Source: a virus. Taken from it: a DNA stretch of 61,334 nt. The position numbers were made by a program, and so were the translations under genes. Of this stretch, positions 53,161 through 61,334 are shown piece by piece. The stretch is from the IMG/VR virus record IMGVR_UViG_3300045988_079341, one strand, 5' to 3'. Position 1 is the first letter of the stretch, and each line of letters begins with the position of its first letter. The notes beneath the pieces were generated by a model that was not told where the DNA came from, searched no databases, and saw only the letters and a list, made by a program, of their open reading frames with translations.

Positions 53161-53304
53161 TAACGAGAGAGAATCAATGATGAAACTGATACTTCAAAAG
53201 CAACCGGAATTACTGTTTCTGAATTGGTTAGTAACTGAGGCAGGAAAAGCTGAAAAATCCATTAAAAAGATAGTCGCTAAATTGAATTGGAAAGGAGAAT
53301 TTAA

Positions 53305-53541
53305 TTGCAAAAAATCGAGATTCGTCAAGTAGATGGCGAACATGGGATTTTTACAGAAGTCCTGATTGACGGCCATAAAATTGACGGTGTGAGAAGGTTT
53401 ACGCTGAATCAGGGAGTTGGTGATGGTATTCCTACCCTGACACTTGACTTGAATGCCCTTAATCTTGCAACTGACATGAGGATGGTACGGATTATGCAGG
53501 AAGGGCTAGGCGAGATTGAAAGTATCAAATTCAAAAACTGA
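53305..53541 (+). CDS. Hypothetical protein (78 aa)
   Basis: TTG start 7 nt after aaaggag. Confidence 0.45.
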   Translation: MQKIEIRQVDGEHGIFTEVLIDGHKIDGVRRFTLNQGVGDGIPTLTLDLNALNLATDMRMVRIMQEGLGEIESIKFKN

Positions 53542-53586
53542 ATAGGCTCTCATATTTCAGAGAGACTATGGAAAGCAGGTGAGGAA

Positions 53587-53754
53587 ATGCAAGAACATAT
53601 CAAAAAACTTTCAGATTATATTATGGAAGATATTGCAGCAGTAAGAAACTATGAACAAAAGCCAGATGAAAGACTTGGCATTGAAGTAATGGCATTGAAT
53701 GCGCTGTGTAATGCCGATAGGACATTGAAAGTAAGTGACAATCTTAACGAATGA
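53587..53754 (+). CDS. Possible small ORF (55 aa)
   Basis: Preceded by aggtgagga. Below the ORF-track cutoff. Confidence 0.3.
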   Translation: MQEHIKKLSDYIMEDIAAVRNYEQKPDERLGIEVMALNALCNADRTLKVSDNLNE

Positions 53755-53789
53755 CACTTACATAGGATGAATAGAAAGGAGAATAGATA

Positions 53790-54044
53790 GTGCAGAATCA
53801 GAGATACAGCGTTGTAGATTCAAACGGCAAGGCTACTTTGGTAAAAAAGGCTGACTCTCGCTATGTTGGAATCGACGAAATGGCGCAGCATGTAGCAATG
53901 GATGTTCTGGAAGCTTATCAGAGCATTGTGAATGGCGATAAAAAAATTGATGAAACAAACATCGGTCTGTCTATCAAAGTCCTTACCGCCATTGCTCCGG
54001 TAGTCGGAACATTTAGAAGTTCTTCCGGTTACGGAAAGGATTAG
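53790..54044 (+). CDS. Hypothetical protein (84 aa)
   Basis: GTG start after aaaggag. Confidence 0.4.
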   Translation: MQNQRYSVVDSNGKATLVKKADSRYVGIDEMAQHVAMDVLEAYQSIVNGDKKIDETNIGLSIKVLTAIAPVVGTFRSSSGYGKD

Positions 54045-54201
54045 ACACAGCCTCAACCTTTGCTAATTGCGGTTTTTCTGGAATTGCTTCGATGGCTTCT
54101 GAGTAGTATTGGTCGTACAGCTTTCTGAAATCATCAAAGCCTTGGTTAAATCCGCAAGTTCTCGCAATAGCATAAGCAGATGCGTATTCTTTAGCATCCA
54201 A
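54013..54201 (-). CDS. Isolated minus-strand small gene (62 aa)
   Basis: Strong SD aaggaggtg lies 9 nt before the TTG. Its 3' end overlaps the convergent 53790..54044. Confidence 0.4.
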   Translation of the reverse strand: MDAKEYASAYAIARTCGFNQGFDDFRKLYDQYYSEAIEAIPEKPQLAKVEAVSNPFRNRKNF

Positions 54202-54261
54202 TTCAATTCACCTCCTTATAAAAAGATAAGGAGAGTATACCACGAAAGAAGGTGAGAGAAA

Positions 54262-55026
54262 ATGAACGAATTGCAGATTTTTGATAACAATGAGTTTGGC
54301 GAGGTCAGAATGGCAGAAATAGACGGAAAACCACATTTCGTGGCGACCGACGTTGCGATAGCTCTTGGATATTCAACTCCTAGAGACGCAATTTCCAGAC
54401 ATTGCAAGGGAGTCGTGAAACACGACACCCCTACGCTCGGCGGAATCCAACAACTTTCCTATATAAGTGAGGGTGACGTGTACCGTCTTATTATAAGATC
54501 AAAACTTCCGTCTGCAGAAAAATTTGAACGTTGGATTTTTGACGAAGTTATACCATCCATCCGAAAGAATGGCGGATATATTTCCGGTCAAGAGAACCTA
54601 ACAGATGAAGAGTTGCTTTCAAAAGCGCTTCTTGTTGCGCAGAACAAAATCGCAGACCGGGACAGGATTATTGCATCGAAACAGGAACGAATCGAACAGA
54701 TGCGTCCGAAAGAAATCTTTGCGGATTCGGTTGCAACAAGCAAAAATTCAATCCTGATTGGAGATCTTGCAAAGATGATCTGTCAGAACGGAGTCGAGAT
54801 CGGGCAGAAAAGACTGTTTGACTGGATGAGGGAGAAAGGATACCTGATTAAAACGGGATCATCGAAAAACCTTCCGACTCAGAAATCCATTGATCTTGGA
54901 ATCATGGAAGTCAAGGAAAGGGCTTTAAACAACCCAGATGGTTCTGTTCGGATTACACTTACGCCAAAGGTAACTGGGAAGGGACAGGTATATTTCGTAA
55001 ATAAATTTCTTGGAGAGAAAAAATGA
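54262..55026 (+). CDS. Phage antirepressor (Bro-N plus KilAC/ANT)
   Basis: MNELQIFDNNEFGEVRMAEIDGKPHFVATDVAIALGY...SEGDVYRLIIRSKLPSAEKFERWIFDEVIPSIRKNGGY, then ...ILIGDLAKMICQNGVEIGQKRLFDWMREKGYL. Confidence 0.75.
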   Translation: MNELQIFDNNEFGEVRMAEIDGKPHFVATDVAIALGYSTPRDAISRHCKGVVKHDTPTLGGIQQLSYISEGDVYRLIIRSKLPSAEKFERWIFDEVIPSIRKNGGYISGQENLTDEELLSKALLVAQNKIADRDRIIASKQERIEQMRPKEIFADSVATSKNSILIGDLAKMICQNGVEIGQKRLFDWMREKGYLIKTGSSKNLPTQKSIDLGIMEVKERALNNPDGSVRITLTPKVTGKGQVYFVNKFLGEKK

Positions 55027-55499
55027 AAAAATTTTTGATAGCAGCGCTTTTCGCCGCTGCAATTGTAACACCGATCACCGCAAATGCGCAGGAAGATACC
55101 TATATTTCGGAAGAGATCCAGGATGCGTGCGTCTGGTATGGCGAACGGTACAATATTTGTCCGGAGCTGCTTATGGCAATTATCGAAAGAGAGAGTTCCG
55201 GGCAGTGGGACGCGACAAACGGTGGATGCAAAGGGCTGATGCAGGTATATGAAAAATTTCATAAAGACAGAATGGAACGCCTTTCCGTAAACGACATTTA
55301 CGACATGAATGGCAACATTCTTGTTGGAACAGATTACCTGTCTGAACTCTTTGAAAAATACGGCGAAACAAGCACTGTTTTGCAGGTATACCACGGTGAA
55401 AAAGATGCGGTTAAAAAATCAGAGTCAGGATACATCAGCAGTTATGCAGATGGAATCATGAAGAGAAGCGAAGAGTTAGAAAGGGTTCATGGGAAATGA
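55023..55499 (+). CDS. Secreted lytic transglycosylase (SLT domain)
   Basis: Signal peptide MKKFLIAALFAAAIVTPITANA. Catalytic AIIERESSG and GLMQV motifs. Confidence 0.75.
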   Translation: MKKFLIAALFAAAIVTPITANAQEDTYISEEIQDACVWYGERYNICPELLMAIIERESSGQWDATNGGCKGLMQVYEKFHKDRMERLSVNDIYDMNGNILVGTDYLSELFEKYGETSTVLQVYHGEKDAVKKSESGYISSYADGIMKRSEELERVHGK

Positions 55500-55906
55500 A
55501 AAATAAGTTCAAATTTCAAAACCGGATTTTTCAGATTGCGTGTGAGGGAAAGTCCTGTTGCGTTATAAATGGCGTTCCTTGTGCGTGCGAGGATTCAGAC
55601 TGCGAAATGTGCGACTTCAATAATACGTTCGAGTGCAATTCCCAGTTTAAGGCATGGTGCAATACGGAAGAAGATGAAGTGAAAAAGACCGACTGGTCAA
55701 AAGTAAAAAAGGACGAAAAGGTTTATGCGCGTGACACGTTTGACTACTGGAGACCGTCGCATTTCGCATGTTTTGACGGAGGCTATGTATATGTATATGT
55801 AAACGGGAAAAGCAGCTTTACAGAATATATTACAAGAAAATATCTGCCGAACGATGTCGTGCTTGCATCAAGAAAGGATAACAAAAATGAAAAATCCGAT
55901 AATTAG
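55496..55906 (+). CDS. Cys-rich hypothetical protein
   Basis: ORF with multiple CxxC-like pairs. Confidence 0.45.
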   Translation: MKNKFKFQNRIFQIACEGKSCCVINGVPCACEDSDCEMCDFNNTFECNSQFKAWCNTEEDEVKKTDWSKVKKDEKVYARDTFDYWRPSHFACFDGGYVYVYVNGKSSFTEYITRKYLPNDVVLASRKDNKNEKSDN

Positions 55907-56002
55907 CATCCCTAGAGCCAGCGAAGAGCTGATTAAGTCGCTTATAAGAGCCGGTATCTTATTTGTAGATGAAAACGGCGTACATGTAAAGGAGAATCAC
56001 GA

Positions 56003-56632
56003 ATGAACAGTATTGTTATCACAGGAGACGTTGGAGAAGTAAAAGAAGTAAATACGAGAGAATACGGGAGATGCTATGAGTTTTTTGTTTCCGCCGTTCG
56101 TCTCAGCGGCACAGTTGACACATTAAAGTGCTTGGCTCCTGCGCGAATTTTCCATGATAATCCAGAAGGAAAGCATTTAACTTTATACGGAGAAATTCGC
56201 ACAAGAAACGAGTACGAAGGGGAGCGCAGAAAGCTACTTTTATACGTGAATGTATCCTCTGCCGCGGAATGTGAAGAAAAGAGAAAATATGAAAATACGG
56301 TCACGTTAAGAGGGTTTATTTGCAGCAAGGTAAATACGCATCTTACAAGCTCCGTTGGTGCTGTTTCCAATTCGCTTGTCGCATGCAACTCAAATAAGAA
56401 TTCGTATTATATCCCTGTTGTGTTTTTTAAAGGAGCATCACGCGTTGTACGCAATGCACAAAAAGGCACAGAAATTTCCGTTACTGGTATGCTGACAAGC
56501 CGGCATTACAAAAAACACGACGAAAACGGCGATGTTATTGCGGAAGCTGACACATACGAAATCGTAACATCAATCGTATTTTTAGAAAAATGGATGGAGA
56601 AAAATGCAGATCAAGCATCTGAAATTAAATAA
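56003..56632 (+). CDS. Putative OB-fold ssDNA-binding-like protein
   Basis: Two SSB-like segments (VVITGDVGEV...LTLYGEIRTRNEY and VTLRGFIC...ISVTGMLTSRHYK). Weak similarity judged by eye. Confidence 0.4.
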   Translation: MNSIVITGDVGEVKEVNTREYGRCYEFFVSAVRLSGTVDTLKCLAPARIFHDNPEGKHLTLYGEIRTRNEYEGERRKLLLYVNVSSAAECEEKRKYENTVTLRGFICSKVNTHLTSSVGAVSNSLVACNSNKNSYYIPVVFFKGASRVVRNAQKGTEISVTGMLTSRHYKKHDENGDVIAEADTYEIVTSIVFLEKWMEKNADQASEIK

Positions 56633-58550
56633 TTTCTGCGGTTTTTTTGGATCAAAGACATTTGACCATGATTTCTTCGAAAAAACAGAAATCACAGGTG
56701 CAAACGAAGTTGGAAAGTCCACTGTAAAGAAAGCTATCTTCTGGATTTTTAATTGCAGAGACGAGAATGGAAAAGAAATTTCCGGCATTCGCCCGCATGA
56801 TGAAAACGGAAATGACATCAATGACCTTGAAGTGTCTGTAGAGCTTACTGTCGATGTTGATGGAGCAGAAAAAAACCTCAAAAAAGTAAGCCGGCAGAAC
56901 TTAAATAAAAAGGGCGAGTTTACCGGAAACGTTATTGATTATTATATCAACGACATTCCGAAAAAAGCAAGCGATTATTCGGAATATATCTCGTCATTTG
57001 CGGAAGAATATGTTCCGTATTGTATGAATGCAATGACGCTTTTACTTAAAAGTTCCGTAGACCAGAGAGCTGTCCTTGCGAATGCTTTTGGGAAGCATAG
57101 CGACACTGACATCTGTGACATGTATCCAGAATTTGAAGAATTAAAACCTCTTTTTGAGGACGGGAATATCGAAGAGTTAAAGAAGCGTTGCAACACGCAG
57201 CTTAACGGAACAAGAGGTAAATCTGGTACAAAAGGACTTAAATCTCTCCTTGACGAAATTCCCAGCAGAATTGACGAAGCAAACCGCGGTAGATTGCCGA
57301 TTGATACTGAAAAACTCGAGTCGGAAAAGAAATCTCTCGAAGTCTTGCTCAACGAAAATTTAGAGAAGCAGACCGATCTTGGGAAGATACTTTCGGAAGC
57401 AGATAAAATTTCTGATGGAATCCTTGAATTGCAATTCTCTCAGAACGAATTGAAGCGATCTGCAAATGAAGAGAATATCAAAAAGAGAATCGCGATTGAA
57501 TCTGAAATTTCGGCATTGAAAGATGATAAGCGTGGAATTGAAAAGAGCGTATCTGCGTTAGAGAAAGAAATTTCCGATTTAGAACTAGAAGCAACTACAT
57601 ATAAGAATAAAATTTCTCTTTTGAGAGACAAATACAAAGAAGCATACAGTAGAAAGTTTGACGAAAACTCTACTGTTTGCCCGTACTGCGGACAGGAATA
57701 TCCGGAAGACCGGAAGCAGCAGTTAAGAGATGAGTTCGACATCCACAAAAAAGACGAACTCGAAAAGATTACGGCAGACGGGAATACGGCAAAATCCTCT
57801 TTTGAAAACGCTGTAAAGCAGTCAGAAGAACTTAAAAACTCTATTCCTGTCTTGCGGGATAAATCAAACGTATTTACGCTTGGCATCCAGGAAAAGGAAA
57901 CGGAACTGAGTACGATACCAGAATTCGTCGACGTGTCAAATACAGATGAATACGTAAATCTGCAAAAATCTATCGAAAATAAGAAAGAAGCACTGGATCG
58001 GTACTCCGATATCTCAGAAGTAAAGCGCAATTTAAAAGTAGAGGAATCTTCTATCCGCCAAAGAATTGCAGAATGCAATAGTCAGCTGGCAAGAACCACC
58101 GAGAACAAAAGAATTGATTCCAGGGTCGCTGAATTGGAGATGGAACGCAGAAACATTGCGCAGAAAATTGCAGACGTAGAAAGACAACTTTACCTTTTAA
58201 AACAGTTTAGTTTAAGAAAGAATGAGCTTCTACAGAACGAAGTAAATGAATATCTTGATTTCTGCTCCGTTAAAATGTTTCGCCCACTTATAAACGGAGA
58301 CATTGAAGAGTGCTGCGAATTTACATATCGCGGAGAAATGTACTATAGAAACTTGAATCACGGATGCAGAATTCTGACAGAAATCGATATTTGCAGAGCA
58401 TTCCAGAAACGATGCAATTACAGTTTCCCGATCATTATTGATGACGCGGAGTCCGTAGACGGATGGAGAATTCCTAACATCGAGAATCAGGTATTGATCC
58501 TCAGAAGAAGTGATTCTGATTTGAAAGTTTTAAATGCTGAAAGGAGATAA
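56604..58550 (+). CDS. SMC/Rad50/SbcC-like AAA ATPase with zinc hook
   Basis: N-terminal Walker A TGANEVGKST, long coiled coil with a central CPYCGQ, C-terminal PIIIDDAESV. Confidence 0.75.
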   Translation: MQIKHLKLNNFCGFFGSKTFDHDFFEKTEITGANEVGKSTVKKAIFWIFNCRDENGKEISGIRPHDENGNDINDLEVSVELTVDVDGAEKNLKKVSRQNLNKKGEFTGNVIDYYINDIPKKASDYSEYISSFAEEYVPYCMNAMTLLLKSSVDQRAVLANAFGKHSDTDICDMYPEFEELKPLFEDGNIEELKKRCNTQLNGTRGKSGTKGLKSLLDEIPSRIDEANRGRLPIDTEKLESEKKSLEVLLNENLEKQTDLGKILSEADKISDGILELQFSQNELKRSANEENIKKRIAIESEISALKDDKRGIEKSVSALEKEISDLELEATTYKNKISLLRDKYKEAYSRKFDENSTVCPYCGQEYPEDRKQQLRDEFDIHKKDELEKITADGNTAKSSFENAVKQSEELKNSIPVLRDKSNVFTLGIQEKETELSTIPEFVDVSNTDEYVNLQKSIENKKEALDRYSDISEVKRNLKVEESSIRQRIAECNSQLARTTENKRIDSRVAELEMERRNIAQKIADVERQLYLLKQFSLRKNELLQNEVNEYLDFCSVKMFRPLINGDIEECCEFTYRGEMYYRNLNHGCRILTEIDICRAFQKRCNYSFPIIIDDAESVDGWRIPNIENQVLILRRSDSDLKVLNAERR

Positions 58551-58554
58551 TGAT

Positions 58555-59301
58555 ATGGCAGAGGTAACAGACGTTGCAGTAAAAGAAGAAAAAAAGGAAG
58601 TGTCGAGCCACAATAAAGTGACAGATTATAGTCTTGGCATTTTTGGTACGTCTGACAATTTTATTATGGCTATGCAGATGGCGAAAGCGCTTTCGAGCTC
58701 CACAATCGTTCCAGCTACGTTTCAGAAAAACGACGCAAACTGCTTAATTGCGATTGAACAGGCACAGAGATTACGTGTCAGCCCGCTAATGGTTATGCAG
58801 AACTTATACGTGATTCAAGGCAGACCGTCTTGGAGCTCAAAATTTCTGATCGCAGCAATCAATAATTCCAGAAAATTTGACATCGAATTGCAATTCGATG
58901 AAAAGAAAGACAAGAACGGAAAACCATTTTCGTGCACGGCGTGGACGATGAAAAACGGCAGACGCATTGAGGGCATGACAGTTGACATGGACATGGCGAA
59001 GGACGAAGGATGGCTCAGCAAAAACGGCAGTAAATGGAAGTCCATGCCGCAGTTAATGTTAAGGTACAGGGCTGCTTCTTTCTTTTCAAGTCTTAATTGT
59101 CCTGAATTAACGATGGGGCTGTATACAAGAGAAGAGCTTCAGGACAACGATTTCAAAGAATACCCGCTGGAAGAAATGAAGGAGCAGGTCAAAAGAGATA
59201 TTGAATCCAACGCAAACATGGTCGATTTCGAACCGGACGAGCCAGAAGTAGTAGAAGACGTGGACGGGCAGCAGTCGATTCCAGAGTTCATGAAAGAATA
59301 A
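58555..59301 (+). CDS. recT: RecT-like single-strand annealing protein
   Basis: ...CLIAIEQAQRLRVSPLMVMQNLYVIQGRPSWSSKFLIAAINNS...SMPQLMLRYRAASFF, in a recombination-module context. Confidence 0.6.
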   Translation: MAEVTDVAVKEEKKEVSSHNKVTDYSLGIFGTSDNFIMAMQMAKALSSSTIVPATFQKNDANCLIAIEQAQRLRVSPLMVMQNLYVIQGRPSWSSKFLIAAINNSRKFDIELQFDEKKDKNGKPFSCTAWTMKNGRRIEGMTVDMDMAKDEGWLSKNGSKWKSMPQLMLRYRAASFFSSLNCPELTMGLYTREELQDNDFKEYPLEEMKEQVKRDIESNANMVDFEPDEPEVVEDVDGQQSIPEFMKE

Positions 59302-59325
59302 TCTGTTTTGGAGGATGTAATTGAT

Positions 59326-59634
59326 ATGAGGCAAAACCCGTGCAGGTATTGTTCTAGTTCATACGAGTACAAAGGAAAACATTACCCATCGTTTTCTGAA
59401 GCATGTGCATGTTGCGAATACAGAAAAGAACATAATTTGTATTTGAAGAGCAAAAGAAAATATACAACCGGAAGCAAAATATCAACGATGGATGAACTTA
59501 TGGATCAGAGATTCGTTATGTTTCACGGAAGGACTACGCATATCGAAGTTGTAAAGTCTATGCAGTATCGGCTGATACTTAAATGCCTTGCAGACGGAAT
59601 ATTTTACAAAGCTATAAAAAGAGAAAATGAGTAA
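59326..59634 (+). CDS. Cys-rich hypothetical protein
   Basis: CRYC...CACCEYRKEH. SD ggagga lies before ATG 59326. Confidence 0.45.
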   Translation: MRQNPCRYCSSSYEYKGKHYPSFSEACACCEYRKEHNLYLKSKRKYTTGSKISTMDELMDQRFVMFHGRTTHIEVVKSMQYRLILKCLADGIFYKAIKRENE

Positions 59635-59657
59635 TTGAAAAAGAACTGGAGTGGCGT

Positions 59658-60062
59658 ATGGAAGTATTATCGTTTTTAGAAGTAGCTCAGCGTGACATGG
59701 CTGATAATATTTACAATTTTTGCAAGGACGGAAAGTGTACTCAGTGCGGGAGTTGTTGCAGCAACTTCCTTCCTATGAGTGAAAAGGAAATTTCTGCTAT
59801 TCACCGTTATATAAAGAAGAAGCACATTAAAGAGTGCCGACATATAGCTCTTGCAACAGCAATTTACGATATGACCTGCCCGTTTCTCGATACAGGAAAG
59901 GACTGTGAGAAATGCAGGATTTATCCTGTACGCCCAGAAATTTGCAGACAGTTTATTTGCGATAATGAGAAGAGGGCAAAGCATAATCGAAAGCTGTATG
60001 CTCAAACAAGGAACGTTGTCGATGTAAGAAATGAGTTTTTTGGTTTGCGAGGTGAAGAATAA
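59658..60062 (+). CDS. YkgJ-family (CxxCxxCC) cysteine-cluster protein
   Basis: CTQCGSCCSNFLPMSEKE...CPFLD...CRIYPVRPEICRQFIC. Confidence 0.65.
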   Translation: MEVLSFLEVAQRDMADNIYNFCKDGKCTQCGSCCSNFLPMSEKEISAIHRYIKKKHIKECRHIALATAIYDMTCPFLDTGKDCEKCRIYPVRPEICRQFICDNEKRAKHNRKLYAQTRNVVDVRNEFFGLRGEE

Positions 60063-60785
60063 TTGAAGCTTAAGACATTAGCAACCGGTTCTTCCGGGAA
60101 TTGCCATCTGCTTATTGCAGATAACGGGGAAGCATTGATCCTAGACTGCGGAATACCGATCAACGAAATCAAAAGAGGTCTGGGATGGAATGTTGAAAAA
60201 GTTTCTGGATGCGTTGTTACGCATGCTCATGCAGATCATAACAAATCGCTAAACGATCTTGAGCGCATTGGAATTCCTGTGTTTGCTCCGTATTGTAACG
60301 ATATCGGTGTAAAATTCGGCGGCAAATGGAGTGTCAGGACATTTGAGCTAACCGACCTGAACTTGAAATTCGCTCACACGAACAGAGATGGAAGCCCTTG
60401 CCCGTGTTATGGTTTTCTGATTGAACATCCAAAAATGGGACGGCTTCTGTATCTTACGGATGCGGAATTTTGCAAGTGGAGATTTCACAATGTTAATCAT
60501 ATCCTTATTGGGGTGAATTACGATCCGGAAATCATATCAAATGATAACGCAAAGGCGAACCATGTTATACGTGGGCATATGAGCATTGGCACTGCATGCG
60601 AATTTGCAAAGGCATGCTACGCAAGGCAGCTCCAGAACGTTGTGATGTGCCACTTATCAACAGAAAACGCGGATAAGGATATTTTTATTGAGAAGATGCA
60701 GAAAACAGTTCCACTGGCAAATGTATGCGTTTCAGAGTCGGGGATGGAACTGGAATTAAACAATCCGGGAAAATGCCCGTTTTGA
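60063..60785 (+). CDS. Metallo-beta-lactamase-fold hydrolase/nuclease
   Basis: GSSGNCHLL...ALILDCG...VVTHAHADHNKS. Confidence 0.75.
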   Translation: MKLKTLATGSSGNCHLLIADNGEALILDCGIPINEIKRGLGWNVEKVSGCVVTHAHADHNKSLNDLERIGIPVFAPYCNDIGVKFGGKWSVRTFELTDLNLKFAHTNRDGSPCPCYGFLIEHPKMGRLLYLTDAEFCKWRFHNVNHILIGVNYDPEIISNDNAKANHVIRGHMSIGTACEFAKACYARQLQNVVMCHLSTENADKDIFIEKMQKTVPLANVCVSESGMELELNNPGKCPF

Positions 60786-60809
60786 AACTAAAAAATGAAA
60801 GGAAATTTT

Positions 60810-61334
60810 ATGAAAACATACAAGGGATTTAATAAAAACATGACCGCAAAAAATGGATACAAGTATGAAGAAGGAAAGGAATACGAAGAGGAAAAGGCAG
60901 TTTCCTGTGAATGTGGCTTTCATGCATACGAATATCCTTTGGATTGTTTTAGTTATTACAATCCAGCAAGCAGCGTTTACCACGTTGTAGAACAAAGCGG
61001 CGAATTTAGTAAAAACAGCGACGATTCAAAAGTTGCATCCACAAAAATCAAGATTGGAGCAGAAATTTCGATTGCTGGTCTTGTTAAAGCGGCAATTGAA
61101 TATACAAAAGAGAGAACAAAACCAGAATGTGACGCAACAGGCTACAAAGGCGCATCCTCCGCAACAGGCGACTACGGCGCATCCTCCGCAACAGGCAACT
61201 GCGGCGCATCCTCCGCAACAGGCGACTACGGCGCATCCTCCGCAACAGGCTACAAAGGCGCATCCTCCGCAACAGGCTACAAAGGCGCATCCTCCGCAAC
61301 AGGCTACAAAGGCGCATCCTCCGCAACAGGCGAC
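60810..61334 (+). CDS. 5' part of the nonapeptide-repeat phage protein (open at the window end, continues at 1..381)
   Basis: MKTYKGFNKNMTAKNGYKYEEGKEYEEEKAVSCECGFHAYEYPLDCFSYYNPASSVYHVVE..., then GASSATGxx repeats. No stop before the window end, and exactly 175 codons. It resembles a prophage protein family I recall as DUF7666-like. Confidence 0.7.
   Translation, partial: MKTYKGFNKNMTAKNGYKYEEGKEYEEEKAVSCECGFHAYEYPLDCFSYYNPASSVYHVVEQSGEFSKNSDDSKVASTKIKIGAEISIAGLVKAAIEYTKERTKPECDATGYKGASSATGDYGASSATGNCGASSATGDYGASSATGYKGASSATGYKGASSATGYKGASSATGD
61149..61334 (+). repeat. Tandem 27-bp repeat array (6.9 units) at the 3' end of the window
   Basis: Units start at 61149, 61176, 61203, 61230, 61257, 61284 and 61311 (last truncated). 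Same core as 1..135. Confidence 0.95.

Noticed and set aside
61084-61326. Minus-strand ORF MRRMRLCSLLRRMRLCSLL...
   Set aside because: It is the antisense translation of the 27-bp repeat array.
1-61334. I looked for transposases, IS elements, CRISPR arrays, rRNA genes and host flanking genes.
   Set aside because: No DDE or IS-type ORFs, spacer-containing arrays, rRNA-like sequence or obvious host housekeeping genes were seen. The window appears to be phage DNA end to end.

Overview
The window reads as an essentially complete, circularly permuted genome (about 61 kb) of a temperate, siphovirus-type dsDNA phage. The host is probably a low-GC Gram-positive, Clostridia-like bacterium. The two ends carry the same 27-bp tandem repeat array inside one gene, so the contig was probably broken within that array.

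Gene order on the + strand:
- Replication and modification genes at 0.4-9.6 kb: C5 methyltransferase, AAA+ ATPase, SSB, GIY-YIG nuclease, two replisome-organizer paralogs with internal iterons, a G39P-like loader and a sigma-like regulator.
- A large serine recombinase at 9.8-11.2 kb, bracketed by terminators.
- A mixed-strand accessory island of about 13 kb at 11.3-24.3 kb. It holds a moron cluster with a BclA-C-like protein, two RHH regulators, an antirepressor, an HExxH peptidase, a frameshifted XRE regulator, a minus-strand operon under repeated ATAACGCAC operators, MazG, DUF3310, tRNAs and structured noncoding DNA.
- The packaging, head, tail and lysis module at 24.3-50.5 kb.
- A CI/Cro-type switch at 51.4-52.1 kb.
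- Early and recombination genes at 52-60.8 kb: antirepressors, an SLT, an OB-fold protein, a Rad50/SbcC-like ATPase, RecT and an MBL hydrolase.

The standout feature is a diversity-generating retroelement (DGR) inserted between the portal and Mu-F-like head genes. A 96-bp variable repeat (VR) lies at the extreme 3' end of a 572-aa fibre-like gene, with a 96-bp template repeat (TR) 183 bp downstream. The two differ at 14 positions, all adenines in the TR. A reverse transcriptase with the IGxxxSQ and FMDD motifs follows, and no recognisable Avd gene is adjacent.

Other points worth a second look:
- A 420-bp ORF-free structured region before ssb.
- Structured noncoding DNA with tRNA-like modules next to a decayed vWA-type gene.
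- An A8-tract frameshift in a repressor-like gene.
- Duplicated promoter/operator cassettes.
- An in-frame TAA in the terminal repeat gene.

All functional calls come from motifs read by eye and remembered family signatures. No database search was run.
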